Below are positions 19,256 to 29,595 of a DNA stretch of 64,000 nucleotides, in pieces; positions within the stretch are counted from its first letter, which is position 1; every line of letters begins with the position of its first letter. The position numbers and the translations under genes are program-made. The stretch lies in the NCBI GenBank assembly GCA_963751575.1, contig CAVVUX010000003.1, positions 401,358 to 465,357 on the forward strand, given 5' to 3'. The notes beneath the pieces were generated by a model. That model saw only the letters and a program-made list of their open reading frames with translations, ran no database searches and was not told the DNA's origin. Origin of the DNA: an uncultured Chloroflexia bacterium (lineage in GTDB: Bacteria; Chloroflexota; Anaerolineae; Anaerolineales; UBA11858).

Positions 19256-22200
19256 ATGTCTTTTGCACACCTCCACGTTCATACAGAATACTCGATCCTG
19301 GACGGATTCAGTAATATCAAAAACCTGGTCAAAAGAGCCAAGGAATTGGATATGCCCGCCCTGGCAATTACCGATCACGGGACCATGTTTGGCGTGGTTG
19401 ATTTTTATCATGCAGCAATTGACGCGGGTATCAAACCCATTATTGGTGTCGAAGGTTATCTGGCTGCCAGGGGCATGAATGACCGAGATCCGCAATTTGA
19501 TAAACGATCCTCCCATCTGCTTCTTCTGGCGGAAAACCAGACTGGATACAGAAACCTGCTGAAAATTGCTTCTGCTGCCCAGTTGGAGGGTTTTTATTAC
19601 TTCCCCAGGGTCGATCATGAGTTTTTGGCTGCCCACTCCGAGGGAATTATTGCCACCTCCGGCTGTATGGCTGCTGAAATTCCCCGGGCAATCAACCAGG
19701 GCAGGCATGATGACGCCCGGAAAAAACTTGATTGGTATTATGAAGTTTTCGGCAGAGACAATTTTTTCCTTGAACTGCAGCAGCACGAGATCCCAGAACT
19801 GGAAAACATCAATCAGGTCACTGCTGGAACTGGGTCCCCGCTACAATGCCAATTTTGTGGCTACCAATGATGTCCATTATATCAATCCTGCTGATTCCGT
19901 ACTGCAGGATGTCCTGCTTGCGATCCAGACTGGAAAGATCCTCAGCGATCCTGACCGGATGCGGATGACTGATGAGACCTACTATTTACAAACTCCCCAG
20001 GAAATGAGAGGAATTTTTTCTGAAGTTCCCGGAGCAATCGAAAACACGCTGCTGATCGCCGAGCGCTGCAATGTCGACCTTGGATTTAAGGAATACCATC
20101 TGCCAAATTTTCCAGTACCTGACGGAAAGTCAGCAGATGGTTATCTGCGGACACTCTGTGAAAGCGGGCTCAGAAAACGGTATCAAAGCCGGGCAGACGA
20201 TCCAAAAATTCGCGAAAGATTGGATTACGAACTGGATATCATCAAATCAATGGGATTTGATACCTATTTCCTGATCGTCTGGGATCTAATCCAATATGCC
20301 CAGAAGAACAATATCTGGTATAACGCCCGGGGTTCAGCAGCAGGGTCGATCGTTTCCTACTGTCTAGAGATCACTCCCATTGACCCGCTTGAGCACAATT
20401 TGATCTTTGAACGCTTCCTCAATCCGGGACGGATCTCGATGCCGGATATTGACCTCGATTTTCCTGACGATCGCCGAGCCGAAATGATGCACTACTGTGC
20501 TGATAAATACGGCCATGACAAAGTCGCCCAGATCATAACATTCGGTACCATGAAAGCCAGGGCTGCTATCCGTGATGTCGGGCGGGTAATGGACATACCC
20601 CTCCAGGAAGTAGACCGGGTTGCAAAAGCCATTCCCAACATGCCGCCAATGAGCATCGAGGAAGCTCTGGACAATTCCACTGAGTTTCAACAGCTTTATA
20701 ACGACGCTCCCTATTTGCAGAATATGATCGATACGGCCAAGGGCGTCGAAGGAACAGTCCGCAATGCCGGGACCCATGCAGCCGGTGTGGTTGTAACTGA
20801 CCGCCCAGTTGAAGAATACACTCCCCTGCACAGACCCACTGGCAATATCGGTGACAGCCCAATTGACACTGTCACCCAATATGAAATGTCAGTTGTTGAT
20901 AAATTGGGTCTATTGAAGATTGATTTTCTCGGTCTTTCAACATTGACTATCATGGCGCTGGCCTGTGATTTCATCAAAGATCGCCACGGGGTCAAACTGA
21001 CGCTGGACAATATTCCCTATGATGATCCGGAGACGTATGAACTGATTGGCCGGGGAGAAACGATCGGACTCTTCCAGGTTGAAAGTTCTGGCATGCGGCG
21101 CTATTTAAAAGAAATGAAACCCACCAGGCTGGAGCACATGATCGCCATGGTAGCCCTGTACCGGCCAGGGCCAATGGATTTTATCCCTGATTATATTGAC
21201 CGCATGCATAACCGGCAGGAAATCAGCTACCGCCATGATGATCTGATACCTATCTACGAAGAAACCTTCGGCATTCCTGTCTACCAGGAACAGATCATGC
21301 ACAGCGCAGTTGCAATTGCCGGGTATACTCCTTCTGAGTCTGATAGCCTCCGGAAAGCAGTTGCCAAGAAAAAAGCATCTGAGCTGGACAAACATAAAAA
21401 GAAATTTATCAAGGGAGCAGTCGAACGCGGCGTAGAGCAAAAAATCGCAGAGGAGATCTTCACGGATTGGGAAAAGTTTGCCCGCTATGGATTCAATAAA
21501 GCCCATGCAGCAGATTACGGATTGATTTCTGTTCAGACAGCTTATCTAAAAACCCATTATCCAGTCGAATATATGACCGCCCTGTTAACTGTGTATCAGA
21601 GCAATTCGGATAAAGTGACCCTTTACGCGTCTGAATGCAGGCAGATGGACATTGAAGTATTGGCACCAGATGTTAATTACAGCTGCTGGGGTTTCACCAT
21701 TGAAGAGGGATCCTCAGGAGAAAATTGCATCCGGTTTGGACTAGGCGCGGTTAAAAACGTTGGTGAAGGACCAGTTGAAGAGATTATCCTGGGCAGGGAA
21801 GATAAACCATTCCAGGATATTAATGATTTTCTCCGCCGGGTGGATCTTCGCAAAGTCGGCAAACGAGCATTGGAATCCTTGATCCAGGTAGGTGCCCTGG
21901 ATAAATTTGGCAGCCGTCCTGCCCTGCTGGAATCCATGGACAGGATCCTTTCGATCAGCTCCTCCATATTCCAGGCTGCTGACGCCGGCCAGATTTCTAT
22001 GTTTGGTGAGGGGACTGGTATTTCGGAAGCGATCAAACTTCCCGAAGCACAAATACCTGTCAACCGGCGGGCTCAGCTGGATTGGGAGCGGGAATTGATC
22101 GGTCTTTACGTTTCTGACCACCCACTAAGCACCGTGATGGACAGCCTGGAACAGCATGTGACCCATTTTGCCCAGGACCTAACTGAAGCCAAACACCAGG

Positions 22201-23070
22201 AAAGGGTCTGTGTTGCCGGCATAGTAACCAAGATCCGCCAGCATCAAACTAAAAACGGCAAAGCCATGGCTTTTGCAACCATAGAAGATATTCAGGGTTT
22301 TATCGACCTGGTGATCTTCCCAAGGACTTGGAAGGAATTTGGCGAAATGGTGCGCTTTGATGAGATTATCTATGTCAAAGGCAAAGCAGATGCGAATGGC
22401 GGGAATACCAAAGTCCTGGTTGATCAGATTTCAACCAATTTAACCCATGTAGAACCACTTCCAGAGTCATCACCTGGGCTCCCGCCCATTCCTGATCAGG
22501 AAGCGACATCTAACCAGCCTGAGATCATTGACAGTCCCCCTGCCAAGGCACATCTGAACTGATCCTGCTTTCAAACCCACAGATGATTTCCCTTTCCCCG
22601 CCGAAGATCCCAGGGATTTAAATTCTGTAGATCCGAGTCTATCTGAAAAATCAATACCTGAGGTAATCCCGGCCCAACCGCCCAGGGAAAACCAGCCCGT
22701 TCCCTTGCTAAGCGATGAAGAGCTGAGTCCTCCAGCCAGAGAGCCGGATATCATATCTGAAGTTGAGCCTGAATCTGAGCTGGAAATGGTGGGGGCAATT
22801 AAGCTCGATGAAGATGCCACTTATTTGATCACAATCATTCTCAAGAACAGGGGTGATACTCTGAGGGACAAGTTGAGATTAAGACAGATCTACGGCACTT
22901 TGATCAGTTATCCAGGCCAAGATCGGTTTGCATTCCAGATCTCGGAAAATGATCAAACCCACTTGCTGGAATTCCCGAATGCGACAACCAGGATCAGCAA
23001 GAACCTGATCAACCAGTTGAGGGACATGCTCGGCAGGGAAAACGTCCAGGTCGAGAAGTATTTATTCTAA
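19256..23070 (+). pseudogene. dnaE: DNA polymerase III alpha subunit, interrupted by two +1 frameshifts (about 19817 and about 22558)
   Basis: PHP N-terminus MSFAHLHVHTEYSILDG...ELENINQ in frame 2. Frame 0 continues SLLELGPRYNANFVATNDVHY... to the OB fold and stops at 22562. Frame 1 is open from 22558 through a Pro/acidic linker to ...TRISKNLINQLRDMLGRENVQVEKYLF* (23070), which resembles the DnaE extreme C-terminus. Confidence 0.88.
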
Positions 23071-23108
23071 TTCCGAAAAACAGATCCTGGCGTTCCCGCT
23101 TCAGCTGG

Positions 23109-25340
23109 CTACTTCCACATCCCGGGGCCGGGCTGAGCCATTAATTTGGCTATCTGACGGAGACCCATCCACCACTGGGACTTCGGCCTTCCAAAATCAC
23201 GATCTTCCAGGCGGAGATAATTGTCCATTTCTGTAAACTGGATTTTTCCGCCCTCCAACCCTATAAACACCTGCCGGGGATCCTTTTGTTTGATCTCTTC
23301 CTGCAGGAAATCGATCGCTCTGACCGCCAGGCGCGTTCCCTGGATCCGGTCAAATGGAGTCGGATTTCCCCCTTGCTGCAGATGTCCCAATATCGCCTGC
23401 CTGACATCAAAAAGCTCTTTTCCTTCAACTTCGAACAGCCTGACCATGAAATCTGTCGTGTATACCGGATGGGCCCTCTCATTTCGGATCATCAATCCCA
23501 ACCGTTTACCCTGGGAAAAACCCGTCACCAGGTGATCCACATCCTCCTGCAAATCATGCAGCGTTATACCTTCTTCATGCAGGTAAACCCGTTCTGCACC
23601 TGTCGCCAAACCACTCATTAATGTCAAATATCCACAATATTGACCCATGGTTTCAACCACAAAACAGCGCCGGGATGCCACAGCTGATTGCTTGATCTGG
23701 TCAACAGCCAGAACAATGCTGTTTAACGCGGTATCGGCACCAATGCTCAATTCCGATCCGGGCCGATCATTATCGATCGTGGCCGGCAGGCAGATGATCG
23801 GTATCCGGAATTTCGGGAATTCTTTCTGGCGGCTGAACATTTCGTAGACCGAATCATAAGCCGCTTCTCCTCCAATTACCAGCAGGGCGTCGATCTTATG
23901 CTCATCCAGGGTTCTAGCGATGGCATAAAAATCTCCCTCAGCGGGAACTGTCCGATTCGTGCCCAGCTCCGCTCCGCCTAAACCCGCTAATCCCCGTACA
24001 TCCATCCAGGTCAGTTCCTTGATATCCCCTTTGATCAAGCCCGGGAATCCATTATAGATACCAAGCATGGTATGCCCTTGATCAGATCCCCAGCGCACCG
24101 CGACCCGGACGACAGTATTCATGCCCGGAGAAGGTCCGCCAGAATGCATAACACCTATTCGATAGCTTTCAGCAGGATCCCGGCTGGGTTTGGGCCCGGC
24201 CTGAAGCATAGTTTGCAATATTTTATACGTGGAGTTAAAACCAGATCCTCGCAGTTCAAAAACCTTATCATATACGTTCTCAGCAGCAAAACTGGAAATC
24301 TGTCCGGTCAGGGTAACAGATTCCATTAACGGAGTGCTTTCAATACGATTGCCCCGCATTCCGATTAGTTGAGGTTCATCCTCTGGAGCAGAGTCCTTGA
24401 GCTGCTGGACAGCTTCATACCCGAGGAGCGTTCCCAGGTTGCGGTCAAAGGCTGTCGGAGACCCACCGCGCTGGACATGTCCCAGGATTGTGATCCGGGT
24501 ATCTTCACCAAGGAGATCTTCGAGGGTCTCCTTGATATCCAGGCTTGTGATCGGCGTGCCATCACGGTCAAGAGCACCTTCAGCAACTACGACAATTGTG
24601 TCCCTGCGGCCAGCCTTCCGACCGGCTTTAAGTGCCTGGCACATTTCCTCCTTCCATATTTCCGGCGCAGGAGGCACCTCTGGTATGAACAACCAATCTG
24701 CTCCGGCAGCCAGGGCACCCATTAGAGCCAGGTAGCCGCAATTGCGTCCCATTACTTCCACAACAAAACTGCGCTGGTGGCTGGATGCTGTACTTGTGAT
24801 GGCATCAATTGCCTCTGTAATACGGTGAAGTGCAGTATCAGCGCCGATAGTCATATCAGTGCCGTAGATATCATTATCAATCGAACCTGGCAGGCCGACA
24901 ATTTTCAAGACCGGATATTTTTCAATGCTGTCACCCGGGATACTTTCAGCTTGGATTAGCTCAGCTATTAACTCCGGCCATTCTGACCTGAAGATCGATG
25001 CCCCAGTCAGGCTTCCATCCCCACCGATCACAATCAATCCATCTATGCCGTTGTCAACAAGATTCCTGGCGGCTTTCATTCTGCCTTCACGGGTCCGAAA
25101 TTCCTCGCTGCGGGCGGTTCCGATCACAGTTCCTCCCCGCTGCAAAATGCCACCAACAGATTCCCAACTCATCTCGCTGATCATCTCGCCCCCCTCTACC
25201 ATACCCCGGTAGCCTTCCGAGATGCCGTAGATTTCGATCCCCAAGTCCAGGGCTGCCCGGACAGCTGAGCGAAGTGCAGCGTTCATGCCCGGGGCATCTC
25301 CTCCACTTGTTAATATGCCTATTTTATTCATATTTTTCAT
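23109..25340 (-). CDS. 6-phosphofructokinase, tandem-duplicated (eukaryote-like) long form
   Basis: 743 aa. N-half has SGGDAPGMN, IGGDGSLTGA, GSIDND, EVMGRNCGYLAL, GHVQRGG. C-half has SGGPSPGMN, IGGEAAYDS, ATIDND, ETMGQYCGYL, GHLQQGG. Alternative start at 25331. Confidence 0.9.
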   Translation of the reverse strand: MKNMNKIGILTSGGDAPGMNAALRSAVRAALDLGIEIYGISEGYRGMVEGGEMISEMSWESVGGILQRGGTVIGTARSEEFRTREGRMKAARNLVDNGIDGLIVIGGDGSLTGASIFRSEWPELIAELIQAESIPGDSIEKYPVLKIVGLPGSIDNDIYGTDMTIGADTALHRITEAIDAITSTASSHQRSFVVEVMGRNCGYLALMGALAAGADWLFIPEVPPAPEIWKEEMCQALKAGRKAGRRDTIVVVAEGALDRDGTPITSLDIKETLEDLLGEDTRITILGHVQRGGSPTAFDRNLGTLLGYEAVQQLKDSAPEDEPQLIGMRGNRIESTPLMESVTLTGQISSFAAENVYDKVFELRGSGFNSTYKILQTMLQAGPKPSRDPAESYRIGVMHSGGPSPGMNTVVRVAVRWGSDQGHTMLGIYNGFPGLIKGDIKELTWMDVRGLAGLGGAELGTNRTVPAEGDFYAIARTLDEHKIDALLVIGGEAAYDSVYEMFSRQKEFPKFRIPIICLPATIDNDRPGSELSIGADTALNSIVLAVDQIKQSAVASRRCFVVETMGQYCGYLTLMSGLATGAERVYLHEEGITLHDLQEDVDHLVTGFSQGKRLGLMIRNERAHPVYTTDFMVRLFEVEGKELFDVRQAILGHLQQGGNPTPFDRIQGTRLAVRAIDFLQEEIKQKDPRQVFIGLEGGKIQFTEMDNYLRLEDRDFGRPKSQWWMGLRQIAKLMAQPGPGMWK

Positions 25341-25393
25341 ACTCCAATATCAGAGGTATTTGATCAGACCAACGATCAAACATTTATTCTTGA

Positions 25394-27043
25394 TCAAGCA
25401 GGGGTATCTTTAATGCCTTGCTTTTTGGCTGCCTCAATAGCAATTTGATAACCGGCATCTGCATGGCGCACAACTCCCATACCCGGGTCTGTGGTCAGAA
25501 CCCGTTCCAGTCTCAGAGCCGCTTCGGGTGTCCCATCGGCAACGATCACCTGGCCCGCGTGTTGGCTGTAGCCAATACCCACACCACCACCATGGTGAAA
25601 TGAGACCCAGGTAGCACCTCCGATCGCATTTATCAGAGCGTTGAGTATAGGCCAGTCGCTGACAGCATCAGTTCCGTCCAGCATTCCTTCTGTTTCCCTG
25701 TTTGGAGATGCCACTGATCCAGAATCGAGATGGTCCCTTCCAATTACAATCGGTGCTGAGACAATCCCATCCCTGACAAGCTGATTGAACGCCAGCCCTG
25801 CCCGGGCGCGTTCACCATAACCCAGCCAGCAGATCCGGGAAGGCAAACCCTGGAAAGGTATTTTCTCCCGGGCCATCTTGATCCAGCGCATCAAGTGCTG
25901 GTCCTCTGGGAACAATTCCTGGATGATTTCATCTGTCCTGTAAATATCCTCTGGATCCCCTGAGAGGGCTACCCATCGGAATGGTCCTTTGCCCTCACAA
26001 AACAGGGGACGAATATATGCTGGCACAAATCCGGGGAAATCGAACGCGTTTTTTAGTCCCTGGTTAAAAGCCTGCTGGCGGATGTTATTACCATAATCAA
26101 AGACTACTGCTCCCATCTGCTGCATATCCAGCATGGCCCTGACGTGATCTACCATCGAATCAAGGGAGCGTTGGCGGTATTGCTCCGGATCGGTTTTCCG
26201 CAGATTCCGGGCTTGATCCATGCTGAGCCCTTTTGGAACATAATCCAGGGCATTATGGGCTGAGGTTTGATCGGTGACTACATCTGGTATTTCTCCTCGA
26301 TTCACCAGTTCGGGAAATACCTCCGCCGCGTTGCCAACCAGGCCAATCGATCTGGCTTTCCCCGATGCTTGGGATTCCCTGACCAACTTCAAAGCCTGAT
26401 CCAAATCATCGACAACCAGGTCTACATAGCCAATATCCAGCTTGCGCTGGGCGTGAGCTGGATCGACCTCGACGATCAAACCAATCCCCTCATTCATTGT
26501 GATCGCCATCGGTTGGGCACCGCTCATCTCTCCCAGACCGCCCGTCAAAACAAATTTCCCTTTCAAAGATGGCCAGCCTTGCTGTTCTGCCAGGGAACCC
26601 AGGGTTTCATAGGTTCCCTGAAGTATTCCCTGAGTACCAATGTAGATCCAGGAGCCGGCGGTCATTTGGCCATACATCATTAAACCCCGGGCTTCGAGAC
26701 TGTCAAAGTGTTCCTGCGTTGCCCAGAACGGGACCAGGTTTGAGTTAGCAATTAATACCCGGGGAGCATCCAGGTGAGTTTTAAAGATGGCAACAGGTTT
26801 GCCGGATTGGACCAGGAGAGTTTCGTCAACCTCCAGAGACTTAAGGCTCGAGAGAATGGCATCGAAGGCCTGCCAGTTCCTGGCAGCTTTACCGCTACCA
26901 CCATAGACGATCAGATTATTTGGATCTCCGGCGACCTCGGGATCAAGATTGTTCTGGATCATCCGGTAGGCAGCTTCGATCTGCCAATTTTTACAGGTCA
27001 GGGTCGTGCCGCGCGGAGCGCGTACTTCTCGGGGGCCAGACAT
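25394..27043 (-). CDS. hutU: Urocanate hydratase
   Basis: Strong HutU pattern ([41 protein letters not shown]). Start placed at the ATG at 27043, preceded by AAGGAG. The ORF track extends to 27082. Confidence 0.9.
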   Translation of the reverse strand: MSGPREVRAPRGTTLTCKNWQIEAAYRMIQNNLDPEVAGDPNNLIVYGGSGKAARNWQAFDAILSSLKSLEVDETLLVQSGKPVAIFKTHLDAPRVLIANSNLVPFWATQEHFDSLEARGLMMYGQMTAGSWIYIGTQGILQGTYETLGSLAEQQGWPSLKGKFVLTGGLGEMSGAQPMAITMNEGIGLIVEVDPAHAQRKLDIGYVDLVVDDLDQALKLVRESQASGKARSIGLVGNAAEVFPELVNRGEIPDVVTDQTSAHNALDYVPKGLSMDQARNLRKTDPEQYRQRSLDSMVDHVRAMLDMQQMGAVVFDYGNNIRQQAFNQGLKNAFDFPGFVPAYIRPLFCEGKGPFRWVALSGDPEDIYRTDEIIQELFPEDQHLMRWIKMAREKIPFQGLPSRICWLGYGERARAGLAFNQLVRDGIVSAPIVIGRDHLDSGSVASPNRETEGMLDGTDAVSDWPILNALINAIGGATWVSFHHGGGVGIGYSQHAGQVIVADGTPEAALRLERVLTTDPGMGVVRHADAGYQIAIEAAKKQGIKDTPA

Positions 27044-27272
27044 AAGGTGCTCCTTGATTTGCAGGTAATTTTTCTCCGGCAATCCTATTATATAATATCA
27101 AGACGGAGATTGGTTTTTTTCAAATCCGGACGTTTACAATCCTGTTGGTCTGAGTAATTCTTTAAGGGCAACGATCATTCCAGCCCGGTTTTAATTTCGC
27201 CAAAAGACGGCTGGATATGGTAATATTTGGGCGGTGAAGCCACATTATCAACCCTAAAAGGAAAATACTGAT

Positions 27273-28586
27273 ATGAAGAATATATGCGTAGTCGGAGTTG
27301 GTTATGTCGGCATAATCACAGCAGCTTGTTTCGCAGACCTGGGAAACAAAGTAGTCGCTTTGGATATAGATGAAAAGAAAATCTCCGGGCTGAAAAAAGG
27401 GAAAATGCCTATATTTGAATCTGGATTAAAAGAACTGCTGGATCGGAATGTCGAAGCAGACCGGATTCGTTTTACCAGCTCCTACGAGGATGGATTAAAG
27501 GATGCAGAATTTGTCTTCATCGCCGTGGGCACACCCTCCGGCGTTGATGGTGAGGCTGACCTGCAGTACGTCGCCTCGGCAGCCCGATCGATCGCAGATA
27601 ATATAAAAGACGGATTGATCATTATTAATAAATCCACCGTCCCAGTTGGAACCGGTGACTGGGTATCCGATATCATTAATGAAAAAAATCCGCAGGCCGG
27701 AAATTTTTCCGTAGTATCCTGTCCTGAATTTCTCAGGGAGGGCTCAGCGATCAGCGACTTCATGAACCCGCACCGGATCGTGATTGGTTCCCTGGATGAA
27801 GACGCTGCTGATAAAGTCGCCCAGCTCCATCTACCACTGCGAGCGCCGATCGTGGTCACTGACCTGCGCACTGCTGAAATGATCAAATATGCCTCAAACG
27901 CCTTCCTGGCAACAAAAATTTCTTTCATCAATGAGATCGCCAACATATGTGAAGACCTTGGCGCGGATGTACTAGAGGTTGCAAATGGAATGGGATTTGA
28001 CAACCGGATCGGCCAGGCTTTTCTGAATGCTGGAATCGGATATGGAGGCTCTTGTTTTCCCAAAGATGTCAAAGCCCTGGCTTTCATGGCTGAAGATAGC
28101 GGAAGACATCCCAGATTATTGCATTCTGTGATGGAAATAAACACTGATAGAAGGATTACAGCTGTTAATCAAGTCAAATCTATGCTTGGAACAGACAAGT
28201 TGGATGGTAAGGTTATCGGTTTGCTGGGATTGTCTTTTAAGCCGAATACGGATGATATGAGAGATGCGCCGGCAGTCACTATCGCAAAATTGCTCCTAGA
28301 GAGTGGAGCAGCAGTCAAAGCCTTTGATCCGATAGCGATGAAAGAAGCCGCAAAAATGCTGCCCGATGTCAAGATGGTTGAAAGCCCGTACAAACTTGCC
28401 GAGGGCTGTGATCTGATCATGGTCATTACAGAATGGAATGAATTCCGACAGCTTGATCTTCGGCAGATCAAAGAATCGATGAAAACCCCCCTGCTTTTTG
28501 ACGGCCGAAATATCTATGATCCTGCAAAAATGGCTGAAATCGGATTTAAATACCGCGGTGTAGGTCGGGGATATAACGGGAGCTGA
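27273..28586 (+). CDS. ugd: UDP-glucose 6-dehydrogenase
   Basis: 437 aa. N-terminal Rossmann [16 protein letters not shown], catalytic [17 protein letters not shown]_dh C-terminal domain. Confidence 0.9.
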   Translation: MKNICVVGVGYVGIITAACFADLGNKVVALDIDEKKISGLKKGKMPIFESGLKELLDRNVEADRIRFTSSYEDGLKDAEFVFIAVGTPSGVDGEADLQYVASAARSIADNIKDGLIIINKSTVPVGTGDWVSDIINEKNPQAGNFSVVSCPEFLREGSAISDFMNPHRIVIGSLDEDAADKVAQLHLPLRAPIVVTDLRTAEMIKYASNAFLATKISFINEIANICEDLGADVLEVANGMGFDNRIGQAFLNAGIGYGGSCFPKDVKALAFMAEDSGRHPRLLHSVMEINTDRRITAVNQVKSMLGTDKLDGKVIGLLGLSFKPNTDDMRDAPAVTIAKLLLESGAAVKAFDPIAMKEAAKMLPDVKMVESPYKLAEGCDLIMVITEWNEFRQLDLRQIKESMKTPLLFDGRNIYDPAKMAEIGFKYRGVGRGYNGS

Positions 28587-28651
28587 AATCCAAACCTGAT
28601 CCTACCTGGCAGAGTAGTTTCTGGCTGTCGAGATGAGGTATAGAGCTGATC

Positions 28652-29548
28652 ATGGACGAGCAATCTGGAAGAAGACCAGTAATTGATTATGAAGGTTCCG
28701 ATTACCAGACATCCTTCTGGAAAGATGGGGGTCGGGAATATGAGGATCGCTGCGAACAAATCGCTTTGAAACGTTTGCTGCCAGATCAGGGAGATCTGCT
28801 GCTGGAAATAGGAGCCGGCGCAGGCCGGAACACACCCCGCTACGCAGGATTTCAGCGAATCGTGCTTCTGGATTATTCCCTGACTCAGCTGGAGCAAGCC
28901 CAGCAGTCTCTTGGGCGCAATGATAAATATATCTACGTTGCCGGGGATGTCTACCGGCTTCCTTTCGTTGACAATCTATTTTCCGGCGCTACCATGATCC
29001 GCACCCTGCACCATATGCAGGATCCCCAGACAGCCTTAAATCAAATCCAGCGGGTGTTGCGGGGGCAAAGTCCCTTCCTGCTGGAATATGCCAATAAACA
29101 AAATCTGAAGGCGATCCTCCGTTTTCTAATAGGAAGACAGGAGTGGAATCCTTTCACCCGAGAAGCAGTCGAATTCGAGGAATTAAATTTTGATTTTCAC
29201 CCCGCGAGCATTCGGACCTGGCTGGGAGAAGCAGGATTTCAATTGGTGCGCCAGCTGACCGTCTCCCATTTCAGGATCAATTTTCTCAAAAAAACCATTC
29301 CAACTGGCATTCTGGTATTCTTTGACTCCATCCTGCAGCATACAGGCGGGTTATGGCAGCTTACACCCAGTGTGTTTACCCGGAATCTAACCAGCAAGGA
29401 TCAAGCTGATCCCGCAAGAGGTTTTTTCCAATGTCCTGCCTGCAGTGGGATAATATCAGATCAAGGCGCTGATGCAGATCACCTTCAATGTCAATCCTGC
29501 CAGAAGATTTATCCAATCCGAGATGGAATCTACGATTTTAGGAATTAA
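28652..29548 (+). CDS. Class I SAM-dependent methyltransferase with C-terminal Trm112-like zinc ribbon
   Basis: 298 aa. Motif I LLEIGAGAGRN. C-terminus CPACSG...LQCQSCQKIYPIRDGIYDF (CxxC...CxxC plus the YPIRDGI signature). Confidence 0.85.
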   Translation: MDEQSGRRPVIDYEGSDYQTSFWKDGGREYEDRCEQIALKRLLPDQGDLLLEIGAGAGRNTPRYAGFQRIVLLDYSLTQLEQAQQSLGRNDKYIYVAGDVYRLPFVDNLFSGATMIRTLHHMQDPQTALNQIQRVLRGQSPFLLEYANKQNLKAILRFLIGRQEWNPFTREAVEFEELNFDFHPASIRTWLGEAGFQLVRQLTVSHFRINFLKKTIPTGILVFFDSILQHTGGLWQLTPSVFTRNLTSKDQADPARGFFQCPACSGIISDQGADADHLQCQSCQKIYPIRDGIYDFRN

Positions 29549-29550
29549 AT

Positions 29551-29583
29551 AGGGATTGGATCCCTTAAAGGGATCCAATCCCT
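29551..29583. repeat. Palindromic REP-like element, form B variant with compensatory changes
   Basis: aGGGATTGGATCCC-ttaaa-GGGATCCAATCCCt. CC>TT in one arm is matched by GG>AA in the other. Lies between convergent stops at 29548 and 29596. Confidence 0.9.
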
Positions 29584-29595
29584 GCTGAACTTTTT

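Noticed and set aside
19800-19830. Programmed ribosomal frameshifting in dnaE, by analogy with dnaX
   Set aside because: There is no slippery heptamer or downstream structure at the site (AATCAGGTCACTG). Similar indels of both signs hit unrelated genes, so sequencing error is more parsimonious.
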